A stretch of DNA of 64,000 bases from an uncultured candidatus Porisulfidus sp. (GCA_965199755.1 CBDASZ010000001.1:864001-928000); one strand, 5' to 3'. Shown: positions 1 through 9,603, counted from the first letter of the stretch. Translations and numbers: made by a program. The notes: generated by a model not told the origin, from the sequence alone.

Positions 1-50
1 GTTATCGCATGCCGGATGCCGTGAAGGAGTCCGCCACCGTCGAGTGGTAA
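1..50 (+). CDS. 3' end of a probable MpaB/DUF2236 (Lcp-like) oxygenase paralog, truncated by the window edge
   Basis: Frame from nt 3 reads YRMPDAVKESATVEW* (TAA 48-50). It aligns without gaps to the C-terminus of the 2565..3743 protein, YRMPDKVRASESRDW*. Confidence 0.7.
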   Translation, partial: YRMPDAVKESATVEW

Positions 51-94
51 GCGATCGCGGCTGAACCGCGACCCATCGCAATCAAAAACAATTC

Positions 95-120
95 GCCGCC
101 CCGTCTCGGGGCGGCACTTT
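95..120. terminator. GC-rich hairpin between convergent genes, probable bidirectional terminator
   Basis: GCCGCCCCG-TCT-CGGGGCGGC, a perfect 9-bp stem (95-115). It is followed by ACTTTT on + and preceded by an A-rich run (T-rich on -). Confidence 0.75.
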
Positions 121-2429
121 TAGGTGCTGCTCGGCTGCGGGCTGGCCGATGAGGCTTTTCTTCGGTCGAGGAAGGACAACAAGCCTGGAAGGAGCAGAAA
201 ATCAGTAAACAGGGCGAAGACCACTGTCATCGCCACCATCGAGCCGAGCACCCAACTCGCGGCAAACCCGGACAAGGTGAGTACCAGAAAGCCCGCGGTC
301 AAAACCGCTGTGGTGGTCCATAGTGCCTGACCCACGGTGGTGAAAGCGTAGCGTACGGATTCGGATGGCGTCTCCCCCTTGCGTCGGCCCCTGTCGTACT
401 TGCTGAGAAAATGAATCGTGTCATCCACGATGAGGCCAAACACAACGGCCACCACCACCGACGCGGTCAGCCCGATATTTCCGAATGCGTAGCCCCACAG
501 GCCAAACGCCATGAGCGCCGGGAGCAAGTTAGGGATCAGACTGATGGCTCCTAACAGCAGGCTGCGGAAAATGCCGACCAGAATGAGAGAAATTAGCACC
601 ATGCCCAACGCCGCAGAACCGAGCATGCTACTCATATTGCGCTCTGCGATATGCGCCATTATCACACTCACCCCAGTGGCGTCTCCGGCCAAATCAGGCA
701 TATTCACCTGCAGCCAATCCTGTGCCCGCTGTTCCAACTCCTGAAGCTCCCGGGACGAGATATTCTTGACCGTCACTGTCATTCGACTTGAGGTCTTGCC
801 AATATCAATGCGGTCATTGAGATCCGCTCCCAGCGGGAGGGACAATTCATAAAGTAACAGGTATTGCGCGGCCAGTTCCCGGTCCTCCGGCAAGCGGTGG
901 TAATCGGGATCATCTCCGTGCATGTTTTTGTTCAGCCGCTTCATGGTGTCCGGCAAGCCCTTCACGTGAAGTACTTCAGGCTGCTCGCGGAACCAGTTCG
1001 CGAATATGTCTGCTTTGCGCAGATATTCCGGCTCGACCACGCCGCTCTCTTCCCCGGAATGCAAAGAATACTCCAGAGTGTCGAGCCCGGTCAGGTTGGC
1101 CAGAATGTAATCCGAGTCTCGCCTGACTTCGTAGCTCTCATCAAAAGACTCTACCAGTTTGTTGCCCAGATCAATGTGCCAGATTCCCGATACCAGAACC
1201 AATGTCAATACTCCGGTCGAAAGCAGCAACAAAGAGCGTCGCGCGATCACGAAATCAGAAAACCATACGAAGAACTCGGTTTTGCCTTCACGCACACGAG
1301 GCGGTCGCAATGGCAGGATCGACAACAGCGCCGGCAGCAATGTCATGCTGTAGACGAAGGCGCAGAGAATACCAAATGCGACAAAGTTTCCCAACACCTG
1401 AAACGGCGGAGACTCTGAAGCGTTCAATGCGAGGAACCCTATCGCGGTTGTCACCGACGTGTAGAACACGGGCTGTGCATTCAGGCACACGGAGTCCATG
1501 ATCGCTTCCTGACGGCTCCGCCCTCGTCTCATACCGCGAAGCGCCCCGGAAATAATATGGATGGAATCCGCGATGGCAATTACCATAATGATGATCGGAA
1601 TCGCCGCATTGGTGGGACTGAACACGGTGCCGTACCAGCCGCCGCTTCCCATCGCTGTCATCAATACGAACAAGAGCACCGCCACCAGTGAAAACGCGCC
1701 GAAGAAAGAACGCAAAATCACCATGGCCATGACAATAATGAGTAACAGGGTCATTGGCACCAGCACGCTGAAGTTCTCTTCCGTAGCTGAACCAAACGCG
1801 CGGTTGAGGATGATCGAGCCTGTCATGTAGAAATTGATGTTCGGATATTTCTCGCGGGCCTGCGCCAGCATGTCATCGGCGTAGCCGCCCACCTCGATGA
1901 CAGCGGTGTCCTGGACTTCCGGCAAGATGAAACTGATGATCATGCCGAGCGTACGCCCGTCTTTGGCCACCAGATGCCCGACCAACTCCTCTTCATTGAG
2001 CGCGATGTTCTGGATGCGCGACAGATCCTCTGGTGTCAGCGAATCCACATCGCCAACCAGCGGAGCCACATTGAGTTCATCCCCAAAGGCCTCGCTGTGC
2101 ATGTGATTAGTGAGAGAACTCACGCGGGTGGAATACGGCACTTGCCAGCCGGCCTCGGTCATCTCATCAAGAGCACTGAGCACCTCTGGTGTGAATGCGG
2201 ATCCCTCATTCGGAGTCATCGCGATCACCACGGTGTCAGAGGAGGCATAGGTCTCCTTCAATGCCTGGTATGCCAGATACTGCTGATTGTTCGGGCCGAA
2301 CAGAATGCGGTAGTCATTGGCCACCGTCAGGTATTGAGCGCCGCCCCCCGCCGCAAACGTGGTGATGGCAACTAGCGCGATGACTGGCCATCGGTATTGA
2401 AGAATGGTATTGATATAGCGTTCAAGCAT
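120..2429 (-). CDS. MMPL/RND-family (HAE3-like) lipid transporter
   Basis: 769 aa, two repeats of TM1 + large periplasmic loop + 5 TMs. Carries the IAIADSIH and GLIVDDTIHF proton-relay motifs. Confidence 0.9.
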   Translation of the reverse strand: MLERYINTILQYRWPVIALVAITTFAAGGGAQYLTVANDYRILFGPNNQQYLAYQALKETYASSDTVVIAMTPNEGSAFTPEVLSALDEMTEAGWQVPYSTRVSSLTNHMHSEAFGDELNVAPLVGDVDSLTPEDLSRIQNIALNEEELVGHLVAKDGRTLGMIISFILPEVQDTAVIEVGGYADDMLAQAREKYPNINFYMTGSIILNRAFGSATEENFSVLVPMTLLLIIVMAMVILRSFFGAFSLVAVLLFVLMTAMGSGGWYGTVFSPTNAAIPIIIMVIAIADSIHIISGALRGMRRGRSRQEAIMDSVCLNAQPVFYTSVTTAIGFLALNASESPPFQVLGNFVAFGILCAFVYSMTLLPALLSILPLRPPRVREGKTEFFVWFSDFVIARRSLLLLSTGVLTLVLVSGIWHIDLGNKLVESFDESYEVRRDSDYILANLTGLDTLEYSLHSGEESGVVEPEYLRKADIFANWFREQPEVLHVKGLPDTMKRLNKNMHGDDPDYHRLPEDRELAAQYLLLYELSLPLGADLNDRIDIGKTSSRMTVTVKNISSRELQELEQRAQDWLQVNMPDLAGDATGVSVIMAHIAERNMSSMLGSAALGMVLISLILVGIFRSLLLGAISLIPNLLPALMAFGLWGYAFGNIGLTASVVVAVVFGLIVDDTIHFLSKYDRGRRKGETPSESVRYAFTTVGQALWTTTAVLTAGFLVLTLSGFAASWVLGSMVAMTVVFALFTDFLLLPGLLSFLDRRKASSASPQPSST

Positions 2430-2564
2430 TAGGGGGTCGCCTGCTGTTTTTACTCGGCTGCGGTTAAAAATGCGTCAGTTCGCAATATATCACGTCGCCG
2501 TTATCGCCTGATTCCGATGTTTCAGTGTCAGGGAGTGCGGCACACTAATGCTCTGACGGATCAC

Positions 2565-3743
2565 TCACCAGTCACGTGATTCGGAAGCGCGCACCTTGTC
2601 CGGCATCCGATAACTGATGCCACCCTCGTCGTACAGGGAAATCTGAAACATCTGCAGAAAATTGCCTGCGCGAACAACCTGCTGGTTTTTGAGCAGGAAG
2701 CCAATATACTGCTTGAGCCTGAACAGTAGAATGGTGTTCTTGATGGTTCTTCGGCTTGTTTTAGGGTACTCGAGGGCATCCGCGAGCTCATCCCCAATCA
2801 AAGCGCGCGATAGGCGGTAGGCCAAAGTGATGATTTTCTTGTGCATCTTGGGACTCTCAAAACCAGCCACCTTAGGAATCGAATTGATCAGCAGATTCGC
2901 CATGACGACGGAGTTCTCATCCGGTGGTGGCTCCAGTGTATGCCCCACCTGATAAATTTGTTCCGCATCAGCACGGGTTTCGTATAGGATCGAATCTGGA
3001 ATCCCCATCAAATGGCCGGCGTAGCGCCAAGTCGCAATGACGCTGTCTTCTTGCTCTTCGGTCATGCGCGCTCCTACCATCTTGGCGTTGTCAACCAGAC
3101 GCTTTGAAAAGACCGAAATGGATAAACCCATATTCGCCGCGCTCAGCGGGGTTCCCCACGCCTCTTGGTCCCAGTCAGGAAAGTGCGACAGAAGGTTGCG
3201 AACACGCGCATGCACAAAGCGAACGCGAACGGACAGCTTCCAGCCATCATTCTTGCGCTGCAATCCACCCGGGTAAAAGATTTCCATCACCTGACGGTTG
3301 TTCTGCATCAGGCGTCGGGAAGTGGCTCCCACGCGGCCAGTCATGTTGAAAGACTTGGCAATAGTCGTGGCAAAGCCTTCAACCAGCACGCCGGTCACAA
3401 ACGCCACCAGCATGGTTTCAACATACATGCTGAACACGCGGGCACCTGGCTCGAAGGCCTTGTAATCCAGCCACTCCGGTGGTTCGTTGGCGACTTCAAA
3501 GAAATCGCGGATGTATTGCGGTGCTTCCCTCATTACCTGTTCCTCCCCTTCAATCCCAGCTCGAATGAAGCGATCGACATCATCAGGAGCCAGCTCCTGG
3601 TGCATCTGCTCCATGACAGGGTCCAGTTGGGGATCACCGAAGGTTGTGTGCCGCAGATAATTATCCGCGCATTCCTTGTCAATGGCATGCGCCTTGCCCG
3701 CTTCTGCTTGCGGGCGATAGATGGTCGGAATAACGATGCTCAT
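2565..3743 (-). CDS. Oxygenase MpaB/DUF2236 (rubber oxygenase Lcp-like) family protein
   Basis: GDP..D start, PPEWLD, TGR..RRL, VRFVHARVR (haem His motif like Lcp RxxHAxVR), WGTPL and WRYAGHLMGIP. Confidence 0.85.
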   Translation of the reverse strand: MSIVIPTIYRPQAEAGKAHAIDKECADNYLRHTTFGDPQLDPVMEQMHQELAPDDVDRFIRAGIEGEEQVMREAPQYIRDFFEVANEPPEWLDYKAFEPGARVFSMYVETMLVAFVTGVLVEGFATTIAKSFNMTGRVGATSRRLMQNNRQVMEIFYPGGLQRKNDGWKLSVRVRFVHARVRNLLSHFPDWDQEAWGTPLSAANMGLSISVFSKRLVDNAKMVGARMTEEQEDSVIATWRYAGHLMGIPDSILYETRADAEQIYQVGHTLEPPPDENSVVMANLLINSIPKVAGFESPKMHKKIITLAYRLSRALIGDELADALEYPKTSRRTIKNTILLFRLKQYIGFLLKNQQVVRAGNFLQMFQISLYDEGGISYRMPDKVRASESRDW

Positions 3744-3946
3744 TTTTACTTCAGGCGGTCAACAGTTTGCCGAAAGTCCCTTCAGAACACAGGGCTTCAA
3801 GTAGCACACGCACGGAGTTACACAAGGCGCTTCACCCGCGCTGCAGGAAGGGTTCTGCCTGTGCGTACCAACGGTATGTATCATTCTTCCCTCAACGTGT
3901 TGGTTACCCGTCAAGAGGCCCGAAAGCCTGCTGCCTTGTTCTTTTT

Positions 3947-3955
3947 AGTATAGCA
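3947..3955 (-). promoter_or_regulatory. Candidate extended -10 promoter for the oxygenase-MMPL genes
   Basis: Minus strand reads TGcTATACT. A TTGACA lies upstream (3967-3972) but with only a 14-nt spacer. Confidence 0.4.
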
Positions 3956-4075
3956 CCAGATGGCTCTGTCAAGCACACATTGCACCTCCTTTGATGCCAC
4001 ATCATCTCAGGGGGAGGCAGAATGAAAGCCCGGAGCCTGCAGCAATATACGCAATATCAGGTTCCAGTGCTGTGC

Positions 4076-4939
4076 TTACAGATTGACGCCTTCCCACTCG
4101 GTGACGAAATCGTGAATCAGTTCCGCGACTGCATCCGGGCGATCTTCCAGCACATAATGGCCGGCGCGTTCTATTTTCTCGAAACGGCACGGGCCGGCAA
4201 TGGCGGCTTTCAGCCGCTCGCCGGACTCCACTGGCATCCAGGCATCATGCACTGCCCAGCACACCATGGTCGGACAAGTAATCTGACTGTGATCCACGCC
4301 CATGGTCTCCTCATTGCTCGGCTGCGAGCAAACCTTGACCAGTGACTTGAAGCCGGTCAGGCCCGGTCCGCGCGCCCAGAAGGACAGATAGTTCTCTTTG
4401 ACATTCTTGTCGCTGAAGGCGGTCTTCTCATGGCTGCCCATCAGTAGCAGCGCATGGAACCCTGCGGCGGCCTGCCCCATCGCCATTTGCAGCACCTCAT
4501 CCGATGCGCCGACCAAAGCGTTGAAGGCTTCGACTTCCAGCACCGGCCAGTAATCCCAGGCTACCGGGTTGATCAGTACCAGTCGGGTGATGTGATCAGC
4601 ATATTTGGAGGCGAAGATTTGCGCCGCACCGCCACCATGATCGTGCGCGACCAGAATCACATTGCCCTTGAGCCCAAGCCCTTCGATGACTTCCCGAATA
4701 GCCTCGGCCTGATTCGTCAGCGTATGCTCGAAGTCATCCAACGGCATTGAGGATTGTCCGTAGCCGACCATGTCCATGGCGTAGGTTTGATAGCGGTCGG
4801 ACAGCATGCCCTGAACGTGTCGCCATAGGCGAGCATTGGTCGGAATTCCGTGCACCATCAATAGTGCTGGCCCTTCGGAGCCCTGTTGTTCGATGTTAAT
4901 CTCAAGGTCGAGACCTGAGACATTAATATTCTGTTTCAT
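4076..4939 (-). CDS. Alpha/beta hydrolase of the Asp-nucleophile (epoxide hydrolase/haloalkane dehalogenase-like) type
   Basis: HGIPT, DMVGYGQS, nucleophile elbow AHDHGG and C-terminal AGHYVLED. Start set at ATG 4939, preceded by AGGAGG. Confidence 0.85.
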   Translation of the reverse strand: MKQNINVSGLDLEINIEQQGSEGPALLMVHGIPTNARLWRHVQGMLSDRYQTYAMDMVGYGQSSMPLDDFEHTLTNQAEAIREVIEGLGLKGNVILVAHDHGGGAAQIFASKYADHITRLVLINPVAWDYWPVLEVEAFNALVGASDEVLQMAMGQAAAGFHALLLMGSHEKTAFSDKNVKENYLSFWARGPGLTGFKSLVKVCSQPSNEETMGVDHSQITCPTMVCWAVHDAWMPVESGERLKAAIAGPCRFEKIERAGHYVLEDRPDAVAELIHDFVTEWEGVNL

Positions 4940-5036
4940 TGCTTCCTCCTGTTTATCAATGATGAAGGTTAAAAACGCTATGCCATTATCATACACGCTT
5001 GCAGCCTAAGTCCTGCTCTCTGCCCTTGCCTGCTCC

Positions 5037-5732
5037 ATGCGTTTCCTGATCATCGCGCTGCTTCTAGCCGGAGCATACTTCATTCTGCGCAGCCTGTACC
5101 GACAATCTCCGCAACTGATGTACCGCTGGCTTGGCATCATCGCCGGTGCCGGTCTGATCGCATTGGTGATCACCGGGCGCGCCCATTGGCTGGCCGCAGT
5201 GGCAGGCGCGATCCTGCCGTTTCTTGGCAAGGCGATGCTGGTGCTGCGCTGGCTGCCGTTCCTTCCTCTGCTTCGGCGCGTTCTAGGCGGCAACACCATG
5301 CGACTGAAAACCGCATGGCTTAAGGTCACCATGGATCGGGCCACCGGCGCACTTGACGGTGCTGTACTTCAAGGTGAGTTCAAAGGTCGCCAGCTCGGAC
5401 AACTCAGCATCCCGGAATTACAACAACTGCTGCAAGCATGCAGTTCGGACCCACAATCGGTCTCTCTGCTCCGCGCCTATCTGCAACGTTGCCGATCCGA
5501 CTGGCAGGAATCCTCCAGCACCGGAAGCCGCGCAAGCGATGACGACGGCTTCGCGTCAGGCACAATGTCGGTTGACACCGCGGCGCGCATTCTCGGCATC
5601 CCTCCTCATGCAAGCAATGATGACATTCGCGACGCGCATCGCCGGCTGATGCAAAAACTGCACCCAGATCGCGGCGGCAACGACTACCTCACGCAGAAAA
5701 TCAATCAGGCCCGCGATACCCTGTTGCACTGA
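5037..5732 (+). CDS. Membrane-anchored protein with C-terminal J domain (DnaJ-class co-chaperone)
   Basis: N-terminal hydrophobic helices. C-terminus reads ILGI...IRDAHRRLMQKLHPDRGG..YL.QKINQARD, with the HPD motif. Confidence 0.9.
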   Translation: MRFLIIALLLAGAYFILRSLYRQSPQLMYRWLGIIAGAGLIALVITGRAHWLAAVAGAILPFLGKAMLVLRWLPFLPLLRRVLGGNTMRLKTAWLKVTMDRATGALDGAVLQGEFKGRQLGQLSIPELQQLLQACSSDPQSVSLLRAYLQRCRSDWQESSSTGSRASDDDGFASGTMSVDTAARILGIPPHASNDDIRDAHRRLMQKLHPDRGGNDYLTQKINQARDTLLH

Positions 5733-6315
5733 CCGTATGAGCGCGGCGCCACCGCGCCAGCATCAGCAGCACAAATACCCCCGCGTAAATGGTCGGCTCC
5801 AGAAAGTCTGCGCGCGTCAGCCAGAAATAATGCAGCAGTCCGGCCACCGTGGCAACATAAACCAATCGATGCAACCGTTGCCAAGCACGTCCCATGGCGC
5901 GCTGTGCGCGGCGACTTGAGGTGAGTGCCAGCGGTACCAGCAAGGCAAACGCGGTCATTCCCGCGGTGATGAACGGACGCTCCAAAATGTCGAACCCGAT
6001 CTCTGTCCAGTCAAAGAATTGATCGAACCACAGGTAGGTCAGCAGATGCGCACTGCCGTAGGTAAACGCCGTCAGCCCGAACAGACGTCGATAGCGCAAC
6101 AGAATTTGCCATTGAAAGAAGCGCACCATCGGTGAGATGGCCAGCGTAATCAGCAGCAGCCGCAGAGTCCAGAGTCCGGTTGCGCGCGTGAGTGTCTCCA
6201 GTGGGTTGGGGCCCAGAGCCTCGATGTAAAAGCCTACGGCCAATTCTAGTGCCGGTGCCAGACACAGCAGGAACAGCGCAGGCCCGATCCAGGACAGCGG
6301 GCGATGCGCTGGCAT
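5701..6315 (-). CDS. msrQ: Protein-methionine-sulfoxide reductase haem-binding subunit
   Basis: GPNP.E...TG.W.L, RRLFGL.AF.Y...H, ERPFITAG, LALTS and WQRLHRLVY...HYFW. Lies directly downstream of msrP. Confidence 0.95.
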   Translation of the reverse strand: MPAHRPLSWIGPALFLLCLAPALELAVGFYIEALGPNPLETLTRATGLWTLRLLLITLAISPMVRFFQWQILLRYRRLFGLTAFTYGSAHLLTYLWFDQFFDWTEIGFDILERPFITAGMTAFALLVPLALTSSRRAQRAMGRAWQRLHRLVYVATVAGLLHYFWLTRADFLEPTIYAGVFVLLMLARWRRAHTVSATGYRGPD

Positions 6316-6316
6316 C

Positions 6317-7270
6317 TTAGAAATGTTTGCTCAGATCCATTCCCGCGTACAGGGAAGCGACCTCTTCCTCATAGCCGTTGAACATCAGCGTCGCACGTTT
6401 GCCAAATTCGCCGATGCGCCGTTCGCGGCGCTGGCTCCAGCGCGGATGCCGCACGGTCGGATTGACGTTGGAGTAAAACCCGTATTCGTGAGGGGTGGCC
6501 TTGTTCCATGCGGTCGGCGGCTGCTGTTCCACAAAGCGGATGCGGACAATCGACTTGATGCTCTTGAAGCCGTACTTCCATGGCACCACCAGTCGGATCG
6601 GCGCACCATTCTGATTCGGCAACTCCTCGCCATACATGCCAACTGTCAGCAAGGCCAACGGGTGCATCGCCTCATCAATGCGCAAGCCTTCGACATATGG
6701 CCACTCAATCACATCGCGGCGTTGCCCCGGCAGGTTGTCAGGATCCATGATGGTCTGGAAGGCCACGTAGCGCGCTTGTGACGTGGGCTTGAAACGCCGC
6801 AGCACTGAGGCCAATGGCACGCCCAGCCACGGGATAACCATCGACCAAGCCTCCACACAGCGCAGTCGATAAATGCGCTCCTCGGCCTCGTCACTGCGAA
6901 TCAGATCCTCAAAGGCATAAGTGCCGGGCGCTTCACAGTGTCCTTCCACCTCAACGCTCCAGGGTTCGGTGATCAGAAGTTCGGCATTGCGCGACGGATC
7001 GGTCTTGCCATAGCCTAGTTCATAGAAATTGTTGTAGTGCGTCGCGGCGCGCTTATCAGTCCACTCCTCATCTGTCGAGTAGGAACTGCGTCTGGGAGAT
7101 TCGGGGATCAAACTTGCGGATGCGGTATCCGGCAACAACCATCCACCGGCTGCCAGCGTCGCACCGGCTGCAGCGCACTGCTGCAGAAATTGCCGCCGCT
7201 GACGATACAGCTGTTGAGGCGTGACCGCGGATTCCTTTTCATCCGAGCGCCGCGCACTGCGAATCAGCAT
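6317..7270 (-). CDS. msrP: Protein-methionine-sulfoxide reductase catalytic molybdo-subunit
   Basis: Tat signal [21 protein letters not shown] (Mo-ligand Cys), [21 protein letters not shown] and [10 protein letters not shown]. Confidence 0.97.
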   Translation of the reverse strand: MLIRSARRSDEKESAVTPQQLYRQRRQFLQQCAAAGATLAAGGWLLPDTASASLIPESPRRSSYSTDEEWTDKRAATHYNNFYELGYGKTDPSRNAELLITEPWSVEVEGHCEAPGTYAFEDLIRSDEAEERIYRLRCVEAWSMVIPWLGVPLASVLRRFKPTSQARYVAFQTIMDPDNLPGQRRDVIEWPYVEGLRIDEAMHPLALLTVGMYGEELPNQNGAPIRLVVPWKYGFKSIKSIVRIRFVEQQPPTAWNKATPHEYGFYSNVNPTVRHPRWSQRRERRIGEFGKRATLMFNGYEEEVASLYAGMDLSKHF

Positions 7271-7282
7271 GATGGTATTTCT

Positions 7283-8386
7283 CTATGTGCGAATGGGCCT
7301 GCATATAGGACATTCAGGATCCGGCGTAAGTTCAATGGTCTGCCATTGCGCGGCCGGGGCATCGAACAGTAACAACCGGTTGTACAAGGGTGAGCCAATA
7401 TCCAGCAGGCACTTGATCGCCTCGGTGGCTTGCACGCAGCCGACCGTTCCCGCGACCGGACCAAGTACACCCAACTCCGAGCAGCGTTCTTCCACGACCG
7501 GGTCATCGCCAAACAGACACTGGTAGCACACGTCATCAGGCTGCTGATTGCGAAACACCGTCACTTGCCCTTCCATGCGAATGACGGCCGCGGAGACCAA
7601 TGGCGTGGATTCCTCCACGCAGGCTTTGTTGATGTGCAAGCGGCTCTCGAAATTATCCGTCGCATCCAGCACCACGTCGGCCTGCCCCACCATCTCATGC
7701 AATCGTGAATTGTCGAGACGCTCAGGGATCGCGGTCACTTTAATATCCGGGTTCAGATCCGAAGCAACTTGCTTGGCGGCCTCGGCCTTTTCCCGTCCCA
7801 GGTCCTCACTGCGGTAGAGAATCTGCCGCTGCAAGTTCAGCAACTCCACCTTATCGCCATCTACAACCGTGAGATTGCCAACCCCGCAGGCGGCCAGATA
7901 CATGGCAACTGGTGAGCCCAGTCCTCCGAGGCCAATCAGTAGTACATGCGCGTCAAGCAAACGTGCCTGTCCTTCAAGACCCAAAGACGGCAGCATGATT
8001 TGACGGCTGTAGCGCAACAACTGCGGATCTCCAAAATCAGTACCTGACGCATCGCCAGCGGCCTCCCCGGTTGAGTCTGACTTCTTGCCTGCATCGAAAG
8101 CGGCCTTCTGCTCCGAGGTCGCCTCGGTCTGGTAGCGTTCTTTCCATTCCCCGTAAGGCATGCCGTAGACTGCTCTTCGCGCCTGCTCGTAGTCCAGTTC
8201 CACATCACGCTGTGACGCTTCAGCCATCAGCCACTTGGATAAGCAGTTGCGACAGAAGTCGGCCAGATTCATCAACTCGATGTTTTGTATTCCTGGCTTG
8301 TCGCGCAAGTGTTGCACCAGATGTCGAAATGTCGCTGCCTGAATCGCGTCGCGCTGCTGTTCAGACAACTCGTCAAACTGAGTCAT
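7283..8386 (-). CDS. moeB: Fusion of an N-terminal DUF1244-like domain and a MoeB/ThiF adenylyltransferase
   Basis: About residues 1-100: AATFRHLVQHLR...QNIELMNLADFCRNCLSKW...VYGMPYGEWKERYQ. After a flexible linker: RYSRQI, GLGGLG, NLQRQ, DATDN, CYQC, catalytic-loop C (ERCSELGV) and CPIC. Confidence 0.88.
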   Translation of the reverse strand: MTQFDELSEQQRDAIQAATFRHLVQHLRDKPGIQNIELMNLADFCRNCLSKWLMAEASQRDVELDYEQARRAVYGMPYGEWKERYQTEATSEQKAAFDAGKKSDSTGEAAGDASGTDFGDPQLLRYSRQIMLPSLGLEGQARLLDAHVLLIGLGGLGSPVAMYLAACGVGNLTVVDGDKVELLNLQRQILYRSEDLGREKAEAAKQVASDLNPDIKVTAIPERLDNSRLHEMVGQADVVLDATDNFESRLHINKACVEESTPLVSAAVIRMEGQVTVFRNQQPDDVCYQCLFGDDPVVEERCSELGVLGPVAGTVGCVQATEAIKCLLDIGSPLYNRLLLFDAPAAQWQTIELTPDPECPICRPIRT

Positions 8387-8479
8387 CTTGCTACCCCTGT
8401 TTTTTAGGCAGTAGGGATTATAAAATATTATGCGCAGCAGGCAGAGATGCCGCCCAACTGACTACTCCCGGATTTCTCG

Positions 8480-9070
8480 ATGTCTTCACGTATTCTCAAA
8501 TCTGCGATTACCGCCGTGGTTCTGGCTGGCGGTCGTGCACGCCGCATGGGCGGAGAAGACAAGGGCCTGCTTGTCCATGATGGCAAGCCACTTATCCGGC
8601 ATGTGCTCGACAGTCTGGTGAAACAGGCGGATGAGCTCATGATCAATGCCAACCGCAATAAAGATCAGTACGGGCAGTTCGGCTATGACGTGATTGCTGA
8701 TGAACACAAGGATTATTCGGGGCCTCTGGCTGGCATGCTGGCTGGATTGAAAGCCGCGAAAACATCGCGCGTGGTGTTCGTTCCGTGCGACAGCCCGCAA
8801 CTCCCATCCGATCTGATCGAGCGGTTAACTGTCCCCTGGACGCGCGATCCCAGAACCAAAATTAAAATCACAGTTGCCTCCTGCGACAGACGTCTGCAGC
8901 CGGTGTTCGCGCTGCTGCATACCGACCTGGTCGAGGAACTTGAGACCTTTCTCGATGATGGCGGGCGCAAGATTGACCAGTTCTACTGGGATCAGGGCTT
9001 CGCGGAAATCCCGTTCCTAGACGAGCGGGAGTTTGTCAATATCAACACACCGGAAGAGTTGCAGTGCTGA
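8480..9070 (+). CDS. mobA: Molybdenum cofactor guanylyltransferase
   Basis: VLAGGRARRMGGEDKG, INANRN, GPLAG, VPCDSP and NINTPEEL. Confidence 0.95.
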   Translation: MSSRILKSAITAVVLAGGRARRMGGEDKGLLVHDGKPLIRHVLDSLVKQADELMINANRNKDQYGQFGYDVIADEHKDYSGPLAGMLAGLKAAKTSRVVFVPCDSPQLPSDLIERLTVPWTRDPRTKIKITVASCDRRLQPVFALLHTDLVEELETFLDDGGRKIDQFYWDQGFAEIPFLDEREFVNINTPEELQC

Positions 9071-9603
9071 GTGATACCGACTCAGCTCCGCTGCTCGGTT
9101 TCGCCGCGTTCAGCGGCACTGGCAAGACTGAACTGCTGACGCAACTGATCCCGATTCTGGTCGACGGCGGCCTATGCGTCGGCATCATCAAGCACGCACA
9201 CCATGAATTTGATGTCGATCAACCGGGCAAGGACAGTTATCGCCTGCGGCACGCGGGTGCAAGCGAGACCCTGATCTCCTCAAGCCGACGCTTTGCCCTG
9301 ATGCACGAACTGGCGCAAGACGAGCCAGAACCTACACTGGCGCAACTGGTCGCACGCATTGACCAACAACATCTCGACCTCATTTTGGTCGAAGGTTTCA
9401 AGCGCGAATCCTTTGCCAAAATTGAATTGAGCCGCCCTGCTCTGGGACATCCTTATCTGTATCCTGACGATGACAATATTCTGGCACTGGCTTCCGATGC
9501 CGCACCGCCCGAAGGGCTGGCCTTGCCGCACCTGGACTTGAACGATCCTGCGGCGATTGCTGCCTATATCCGAGAGTTACTGCCTTCAAGCGCGGCAAAT
9601 TGA
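9064..9603 (+). CDS. mobB: Molybdopterin-guanine dinucleotide biosynthesis protein B
   Basis: AFSGTGKT, IKHAHHEFDVDQPGKDSYRLRHAGA and VEGFK. Confidence 0.95.
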   Translation: MLSDTDSAPLLGFAAFSGTGKTELLTQLIPILVDGGLCVGIIKHAHHEFDVDQPGKDSYRLRHAGASETLISSSRRFALMHELAQDEPEPTLAQLVARIDQQHLDLILVEGFKRESFAKIELSRPALGHPYLYPDDDNILALASDAAPPEGLALPHLDLNDPAAIAAYIRELLPSSAAN

